A stretch of DNA of 64,000 bases from contig JAFGCI010000001.1 in the NCBI GenBank assembly GCA_016932735.1, forward strand, positions 132,183-196,182, written 5' to 3'. Every line of letters starts with the position of its first letter. Position 1 is the first letter of the stretch. Positions 1 through 9,700 of the stretch are shown in pieces. The DNA is from Candidatus Aenigmatarchaeota archaeon (GTDB taxonomy: Archaea > Aenigmatarchaeota > Aenigmatarchaeia > QMZP01 > QMZT01). The position numbers and the translations under genes were made by a program. Below the pieces are notes generated by a model. That model saw nothing but the letters and a program-made list of their open reading frames with translations, searched no databases and had not been told where the DNA came from.

Positions 1-469
1 CATCACCGGCCGGATCGGATACGTACGAAACTTTCTTTGAAACGAAGCTGTAGATTCCGAAAATCTTGGCTGCTACCGAATTAGGGTTCCTGAATTTGGA
101 TACTGAAGCAACTGCAAGATTCCTGACGGACGCGGGATCCATCTTCTCTTTGAAAAGATCAGACGAATATATCGGAATCTTTTTCGCATGCTCGATAAAT
201 ACAGGAGAGAAGGTTATGCTCTTCTCAACATTGGGCGTTATGTTCCAGAAGCATGTCCATCTCTTTGAAAAGCTTACAGGGGAAACGCAGTTGCAGAATC
301 CATCCTTTATGAACCCTGTCTTTCCATCCTCCAGGCAGAGCGTTTTGCATTGCTCTGCCGTATCCGTTGTCGCGAGTATGAGCGAGTCTTCTATGTATTT
401 CAGTTCATACGCAAGCAGTATGAATAGAACAATGATTATTAAAATCAGAAAAATTGTCCGTTTGCGCAT
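1..469 (-). CDS. Hypothetical membrane-anchored protein, partial. The start codon is inside the window and the 3' end runs off the window edge.
   Basis: I reverse-complemented 1..469 by hand. An ATG (complement of 467..469) opens a frame with no stop through position 1. The translation starts MRKRTIFLILIIIVLFILLAYELKY..., which is a clean N-terminal signal-anchor helix. The overlapping plus-strand ORF 66..515 has a Ser-rich, low-complexity, antisense-like translation. Confidence 0.4.
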   Translation of the reverse strand, partial: MRKRTIFLILIIIVLFILLAYELKYIEDSLILATTDTAEQCKTLCLEDGKTGFIKDGFCNCVSPVSFSKRWTCFWNITPNVEKSITFSPVFIEHAKKIPIYSSDLFKEKMDPASVRNLAVASVSKFRNPNSVAAKIFGIYSFVSKKVSYVSDPAGD

Positions 470-713
470 ATATAATCACCGACATAACAATTTAGAAAAT
501 GTCGTTGAAATATAGTGAACGACCGGATTCTAAAAAGTTATGCCATTCACTATAGAATATATTATGCCCGTTTAACTAATAAAAAATCAAATTTCACGGA
601 ATCTGCCCTTTATGTCTTTGATTATTTTCGAAAAAAGCTTTTATTGAATAATTAATAAATATAATCTATGCCAGCCATGCTCATGTCGTGGTTTTAGGCT
701 TTTTGGGTATATT

Positions 714-3700
714 ATGGCGGGGGACAGGTTCTTGTACAGGAAAAATATTCTTCTTTTAACAACGTTAGTCGCTTTTGCTTTGTCGTTCGCCTTCATGGCG
801 CAGGCTTTCGATTTGGAAGGAGCCTATTTCATCACAGCCGAACAGCCGAAGAATTCCGATGGATTGGGATTCTTCAGGATAGGGACTCCGCTCGACGCGG
901 ACGTCAACATAAGCTTCAGCTACCCGATACCGCTCAGCCCTGGAGAGGCGGATCTGACAGCTGTTGTATACAAACCAACGAACATATTCACGAACATGGA
1001 ACTGCCATGTTCTTTGAATTCACAGACTGGGTATTATCCAGTCAATGTCCAGCACAGATACTATGTCCCACAAGATGTGTGGTATCAGTATTATAGAGCT
1101 GGTGGAAGATTCAATTACCAATCGAGTGCATGTATAAATGGATTGGTCCATGTGTTTACAGAACCCTTTGAAATGAACACAATATCCCTCGGCGACATAA
1201 TCAAGGCAGGCGACATCAACGGCAACCAGATTGTCTCCGGCAACCCGCCGACATACGACTTCAAGGAGTATTTCTTCGACTTCACCCTGAACCTCACATA
1301 CGACAACGTAAGCGAGGAGGGAATCGACTTCAAGTACAATTACACGAGGGATATAGAAAAGACAGAAATGAGTAATACGGACGACTTGGAAGTGGCTTTG
1401 CCTACCGGAGACAATAAATATCATTTTGAAGACTATGATAACTATGTCGAGTATAGAAATTTATTAGCACCCCCCAAAATAGTTTATCATGATACCGACG
1501 ACGGGGATTCAAATGAAGTATTTGATTCTGAAATATATGTATACTCAGAAACAGTGAAAGCTGTCACTTTTTATGTTAGAGGTTATAATGATGACTCAAC
1601 TATAGACGACAAAGCCGCAATAAACATATATCAGGCAGGAAATCCTACCGCATTGAGCAGTTCTGGTTGGAAGGAGCACAGTCCTTTCTATCACAGTTTC
1701 ACATTCCTGCCCGGAATCGAATACAGAGTCCAGTTCAGGCTGAAAAATAGAGCCGATCATGATAACGAACATGCACATTTTGAAGTTCAGATATCCAGCC
1801 CTTCCATAACAAACCATAACCAAATATGGAGTGTCATAAATTCGGGAATTTTCAATGTTGATATAAATCAGGAATTCTGGAAGATTACCCAGCGCCAAGG
1901 CATATTTGATGCAAACAATAACCAGCGGCTTGATAATTATTGTTCGGGGCCTCAGGATTTTTATGTAAAGGCCGCTACCGGTATTAAATCTGAAAGTTGT
2001 GACGGAACGGATGTCGTCATAACAGCAACCAATCAGGCCGGAGATTCAGACGATAAAGTGGCTCATATAGCAAATGGAGGATTTTTATTCTTTAAACAGG
2101 ACGATATGAACGATACAAGCTATCATTTCGAAACTGTCGTAAGAACAGGAAAAGCCCTTGAAATAGAATTTGCTGTCATGGTAAATTACGGAGTTTCGGT
2201 TTATGTTGACGGCGACCTTTCCAAGGGATTCAGGATAGGATGTCCTTCCGCTGAAGACTGTGCTAACCAGAACTACTATACACCGTCAGAAAAGCTAAAC
2301 ATACCGGCCGGTTATCACAAGATTGATATCTACCTTTTCTGCAAGGACGGGCAGAAATGTTTCCTTGAGATGAAAGCCATAGAGAAAAATGGAAACGCGC
2401 CGGAGATATTTTTCAAGGATAATTTTGATGAGATAGGAAAACCCGTCGACAGCAATCTTGAAAAAAACCCAATCGAAGCAAATTCCGGACAGGCCGTCAC
2501 ATTCTCAACCGAAGACGGGCTTGTCGATGTTGAAAGGAAAGAGCCTGTTTATTTTGAATCAGGCCTTTACAAGGATCTTGAGCCTGTCAAAGCTGATAAT
2601 GTCGATGAAGCAGATGACAGGATCCAGCTTTCAATGAGGCTTGCATGCGGCGAGCAGATTTACCAGCCGTGCAGGGACTTCGGAAAATGGGGTGCCTGCA
2701 CCACCGATAACAACGGCTGGATAAGGAACAGGATACTCCATGAGAATTACGCCGATTACGAATTGGTGGAAGACGATAACGGGGACTATACAATAGCCAA
2801 ATTCACAATAGAGCCCTTTGACCATCACAGCCTTGATTATACCAACAATGCAAATGCACCGAACCAGCCGGGGCAGCATAACAGGACAGCTTACGGCGGT
2901 GAATACATCGGCGGAATATACGAGTGCAAGATGAACTGGCCGAACTACGAGACTGAATGCCCGGACCCCACCTACCAGTACAGCTTCAGCGGCTTTGAGT
3001 GCTGCTACCAGAAATACACAGAGGCTGACAATAAGCCGACAGGCCCTGTCTGGTGGTCCGGAATATCCAAGGATCCCGATACTGGAGAGCAGGTGGGAAC
3101 AATCCATATAAGGGACTTCAAGGAATCCACCCAGACGTCGGGGGAAGCCGTCATTTACATTGTCAATTATCTTCCATATGGAGGCTACACTTCAAAACTC
3201 GATGCAGAGTACATGAACTTCTCCATGTTCGACGAGCGCCCGAAATTGTGCGCGTATGTAACCAAGAAGGTGTCCCTTCCGCATGAATATCTCATAACTT
3301 TCAACAACACACATACATGCAATAAGGTGTCAGCGACGGGAGACTGCTGCTACTGCGACCCCAACTCGGTCTGCACGCTGAACTGCAAGAACAGGGAAGA
3401 CATAACGGACATGTATTATGCTACCTCCCTGATAACGGCGAACAGCCTGAGGGCGTCGAGCTTCAACCTCCCCTTCACGACAATGGGAAGCGGATGGTAT
3501 CTTGAGAACATAAACGTCTCCGTAATAGTCGACAGCGATACGGGAAGCAACGTGTCCGTTTCCGTGGAAAATACGAGCGCCACGAGATGGAAGACGACAG
3601 CGGAAATGAAAGAAGGCTCGCAGAGGCTCCTTCAGGAAGGAAACTACACCGTTTCCGTCAATCTTCACCACGATTTCGGCTTCAATGTCTCCGACGACAA

Positions 3701-6700
3701 TCCGGGGACATATTACGTAAACTTCACCCTGGATTACATCAATTTCAGCAAGAGGACTTATTCAGACGCCGAATTTGATTTCGGCAGCAATGAGATGGGG
3801 AACAGCTCATGGGAAATATACCTGAACCAGTACAATCAGGACGACTACCCCTCAAGCGTCAGGGACCAGTATGTCTCCTACTCTCCCCTCAAACCGCAGG
3901 AGATTGACGTTAAGAAGATATCGTTCTCGGGAGAGTCGGGAAGCATAGTCGATTACGGGAAGAGGATAAGCTTCAGAGCGCCTCCCAAGAACCAATATGA
4001 ATGTGAGACAGCCGCAGAGTTCGCGGCTTATTGTACAACATGCAGTGGAACATCAACGCGGGGTCACTGGGACGGCACGAAATGTGTATGTAGTTATCCT
4101 TCCGAATCAGAAAAAGGCATTTGTTTTGAAGTTGATGTACAAGCTGGGTGTAATTCTAATTGTTGTGTATGCCCAGAATCATTTAATAATCCGGTGATAT
4201 ATTGGAATCGTAATGTATGCCAATGCACCGAGTCTAGGGCAGATAACAAACCGCCAACAATAACAATATTAAATGAATCTGGAAGCACAATAAATGATAA
4301 CACGGCAACTATTAAAGGCACGGCATACGACTTAGGAGGGCTTGCAGATATTAGAATTTCTATTGAATCTACAGAACAACGACAAATTGCAACTCTTAAT
4401 GACTTGGAAGAAGGCGAATATGAATGGGAAGCGGAGTTATCGTTCTCATATCCGGCTACATATACCGTTTCAGCTACAGCAACCGATTTGGGACGCAATA
4501 CAAATAGTGTTTCAATCACAATAACAGTTTCGGACACCGCCTTCCCTCCGACAATAACAATAAACGCGCCTGAAGAAGGGCATGAATTCTTCACGACAAC
4601 AACCAAAGTGAATCTTGAAATATCAACAAACAGGGACGCTTTATGCAGGTACTCTACCAGCGATTTGGGTTATGATGAGATGGAGCCGACACAAAACTTC
4701 ACAGAGGAGAATCCTACAACAAACTTCAAAGCAGAAGTGCCTGTCTACTCGAACCAGAGATATACATACTATTTTGCATGCACTGACGGAACAAAAAGCC
4801 ACACATCAGCAGACAATTCGCAGGTTTCCTTTGATGTTCTCGGGGTTGGAGGCAGAGAGCCAATCGACTTGGAATGTTCCGAAGAAATTGTTGATGAAAG
4901 CACATGCACTGTGGACAAGTGCAACTGCGGGCCTGACGGCGGGATACCAATCTGGAACGCGCACAGGGGTTGCATCTGCACCAAATGGGACAATGTCTGC
5001 AGGGACGTGACCGACTGCAAAGAAGACAGGAACGGCGGGCCTAACCAATACCGCTACTGCGACACGGAATACAATATGTGCTATGACAATGAATACACTT
5101 CCTCGAACCTTAAGCTTGCCGGAGGCACGGAGCCTCGGAACAACATTAATTTCACGGCTTCCGAATGCACGGTAATAGGCTCCGAGACGAGGTTCATCTA
5201 TGACTGGAAAAGTCATCCCGGAACTTACGACGATTTCGGAGCATGCGCATCCGACGGGACCTGTCCGGACGGCGGCATCTGCGCATTTGTGAATGAAATA
5301 GAAAGCAGGTGCATCCTTCCGAGGGGCGGGTGCTCCCTCGGTTTGCAGGTGTGCGGCCCCGGCTACAGATGGCTTTATGCGGAGAGCGAGGAGGAGCCCG
5401 TGTACAACAAGCCAGAAACCTGCAACCGAATTGACGACGACTGCAACGGCTGGATTGACGATACTGTCAACTTCACCACAATGTTCAAGATATCCCTCGA
5501 GCTTGCCGGAAGCGGAATAGGAAGGAGCCCGCAGGAAATCACGCAGTGCCAGTGCTTCAACGGGCTTCCCCCTGAAGAGGAAGTCTGCGATTCCATAGAC
5601 AACGACTGCGACGGAATCATAGACAACGACGTAAAATACGTCCTCAGGAACAACTGCACAGAAGAGGTCTTGACGATTATTGATATAGGCAACCCTCCCA
5701 CAGGATACAGCCTTTATGATTTTGCCTACAACAAATATTACAGCGATGAGTGCACCATTACAAACGAAACAATACGTGAAACCCAGAACCTGACTGTCAA
5801 CCCCTGCACTGACGAGGTTTATGAATGCATGCAGCTTGGCAAATATCACACAGAAATAATTTATAACAACGACACAGATGAATATGAATTTCCTTATAGA
5901 TTTGAAGATTGCACTACACAATTATGCCTTGATGGCTGTATAGAACATGGATATAGTTCGGTCCCCAACGATACAGCGCAACTTGAATGCGAAACCTATT
6001 TCGGTAGTGCCAGCGAATGCTGCTATAAGATGGGCTATAATACAAATCCGCCTATACCAGACAATGCTCTCCAGAATACATACGAATATTGCGCCGAGAA
6101 ATATTATAATCCTTACACATGCATCCCACTTGAAGAAGAGATGTACTATGTCCCCGGAGAATTATGCAATTGTGAATTCACTGGAACCATGTATGATTCA
6201 GGCGGAATAACACAAGAATATCTGGATTTCATAAAAAAGGTGGATTCAAACAACGAAAGCTATTGCTCATCTTACACACCTTTTAGCACCGAATGTTGTA
6301 ACGGCATAGACGACAACTGCGACGCGCTTCTGGACAACACGGAATATCCGGAATTGTGTGCATGTTACGGCATTGATAATACAACCATCAGAGACGAAAC
6401 GTGGACTATAAATGACATGAATTGTACAGGAAGGGACGAGAACTGTGACGGGACTATAAACGAGAACGCATTATTTTGTAATTGTACGCAAACATTAAAC
6501 CTTCCAAACGCTACGACAATAAAAGAAGCTTTGATTTCTGATGAAAGTTGTAACGGCATAGACGATAACTGCAATAATGAATATGATGAAGATTTCCCTG
6601 TCAACACCTCTTGCGGAGGAACCAATGTAAGCAGGTGTTATGGCGGAGTGTATGTGTGCAACGCTACGGGATATAATGCTGTTTGCAATACAACAGCAGA

Positions 6701-9700
6701 CATATCGGAAATAAATACAGATGAGGGATTTTTTGGTACAGCGACAGGTGCTGATCTTAGAATACCTGAAGTTTGTAGTGGGGAAGATAGTGACTGCAAC
6801 GGGACAGTCGATGACACTGCACATCCGGAGCTTTGCAACTGTTATAATTATGAAAACTTGTGGGAGATTCAGGACATATGGGAAAACAACACAGACGACA
6901 ACTGCAACGGAATAGACGACAACTGCAACATGAGAATAGACGATGAATCCTTCAGTTGCGCATGCACGAACAAGACAGAGTCAGAGGTTGTCCAGATAAA
7001 GACTGTCAACGAGACCTGCGACGGCATCGACAACAACTGCAACGGATTTGCAGACGAGACATATTCCGATATTGGAAAGATGTGCGGATTCGGCGCGTGC
7101 GCAAACGGCGTGATGGTATGCGATGTCTACGGAATGAGGACTGTCTGCAACACGACAGTCGATGCGGCAGACACTTACAGCGGAATCGCGCAGAGCTTCA
7201 TAAGCGACGAAGTGTGCGACCTTGTCGGCGACGAGGACTGCGACGGCTCAATAGACGAGGGATGCGCCTGCACCCCGCAGGGCATAAAGAAAATATGCGG
7301 ATACGCGTCTGAGCTCGTCTACAATAACAGGCAGCACATCGACAGCATTTGCAATGAGATAAGAAGCCAGCTAAGGAACATGGTATCCAAGTCTTCCTCT
7401 CCGGGAGACATGAAATACAGGAGAACAATCAAAATAAAGAACAGCAATAGTTATGTTGTTAAGGACTATCCGGTCAGGGTCGACCTTTCGGTAATAGGCT
7501 CGACAAAGATAAGAAGCGATTTCGGCGACGTCAGGGTTCAGGATGCAAGCGGAAATGAGCTTCCGTGGAGAAGGGACGGCGGTTCAATCGTGTTCAAATC
7601 GAGTCTCCTGAGCGCCGGAAACAACAAATATACATTATATTACGGAAGCCCTGTCAGGACATATTCCGAGAAGTCAATGACGGAAATATACGGGCTTGAA
7701 AGATATCAGGAGACATTCCTGATGTGCGACTTCAATTACAATACACAATGCAATAAGGGAAACATGGTTCCAAGGGCATCTGACGTTTCAGTATTCAGCA
7801 TCGGAAGATATGAAGCGGCCATGCTTTTCAATTCAACAAATCACACTCTGCGATACGCCTCATCCGCAAACATAAACCTCAACAGAGGAACAGTCGAGAT
7901 GTGGATAAAGACATCTTCTTCATCAGGGACTCTGTTCCATCTTCCTGCGGCTGCAGGTTCAATAAAGCTTGAGATAAATGCGGGAGCCGCTTCTCTGGCA
8001 AGAGACTCTTCTGTAATAGCAAGCGGCGGGTCGGTATCAGACGACCAATGGCATCATATAGTCGTTGGATGGGATAATCTCATTGGAATGAGCCTTTATG
8101 TTGATGGGAACAAAGTCGGAGGATCTGTAGTGGCATGGACTCCGAACAACATGGGAACCGATATATTCATAGGTTCCGAGCAGGGCGCTGCAAATTATTA
8201 TGCAGGTCTTATCGATGAGCTCAGAATTTCAAAGACAAAGCTGAGCGACGGCGAGGTAAAGGCAGATGCACGCCTGCTCGGAGGAAGCATCTCACCATCC
8301 CTTGCTAACGAAGAGGACATGGGAAGTGTCGGCGGCGGTTCCGGACAACTGACTGATTCAGAATTATATTATGAATGCCTGGAAAGGCTGGAGAATGCGG
8401 CAGGCGCTCCCGAGAACTCAGACAACGAGAACAGCATCCTTAGCCTGTGCTCATCAATGATAACATGCAACAGCGACTTCAGCATTGATTCTGCAAGCGT
8501 CTGCAGGGTCGGAGTCCAGAGCTGCAGCTCATCGGGATGGAGCGATTGTTCAGGAAACGTCGTCCCGCAGACAGAAGTTTGCAACAGGAGAGACGACGAT
8601 TGCAACGGTTTGACTGATGATTTCCTTTATGCACAGGATACATGTGCATGCTACAACGGGAACCCGCCGAACGGCCCCGAAGAGTGCAACGGTGTGGATG
8701 ACGACTGCAACGCCCAGGTTGATGACGGCTTCGGCGGCAGATGCGCCTGTTCAAGCGGCCAGAGAGCGCAGGGAGATGAGCCGAGGATATGCAATGGAAT
8801 AGACGACAACTGCAACGGGATAATTGATGAGAATGTATCCAACTGCGCCTGCGCGGACGCAACATTCGCTGAAATAAACCAAAGGGTTGGCACTGAGAGA
8901 TGCAACGGCATTGACGACGACTGCGACGGCGAGATAGACGAGGACTTCGCTAATGTGGGAAACACATGCGGGGGAGACCAGAACAGCGCCTGTTATGGCG
9001 GCTACTATATCTGCAAAGCGGACGGAACAGGGACAGTTTGTTCGACCACTACAGACGGAGTCCAGTTGCTGGGCAACCTTACCAGTATTGACCTGAGGAC
9101 AGATGAAACATGCAATGGAATAGATGACGACTGCGATGGTGAGAGAGACGAGAACATTCCTAGGTGTGCATGTGCTGACGGAGCCCAGAATACGGGCGGA
9201 TATGAACCGCAGGTCTGCAACGGAATAGACGACAACTGCAACGGACTTATAGATGAAGGAGTCCTGAAATGCCCGTGCGCAGACAAGACTCTTGAAGACG
9301 TTGAGAGCTTCATAACACCTGATTTGACATGCGATGATATTGATAATGACTGCAACGGGATTGTTGATGACCAGTATCCTCAGCTAGGAGAAGTATGTGG
9401 CGGCAACCCAAGGAGCGCATGTTATGGAGGCAAGTATGTATGCAGTATCGATGAGGTTTCAGTTGTCTGCAATACTATGACTCCGCCTGAAAATTCCTTC
9501 ACCGGAAAGACCATAGACAGAAGAAGTGAAGAGAGCTGCAACGGAATAGATGACGACTGCAATGATGTAATAGACGATCTGGCCGGCAGCAACTCAAACA
9601 GATATTGCGCCTGTTACAACGGAATGCGCCTTCCCGGGGAACTCGTGGAAAGATGCAACGGAATTGACGAGGACTGTGACGGCGTGATAGACAACAACGT

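Noticed and set aside
66-515. Plus-strand ORF of 149 aa at the window start.
   Set aside because: Its translation is Ser-rich and motif-free. It is antisense to a minus-strand frame that begins with a clean signal-anchor helix (MRKRTIFLILIIIVLFILLAY), so the minus-strand partial gene was preferred.
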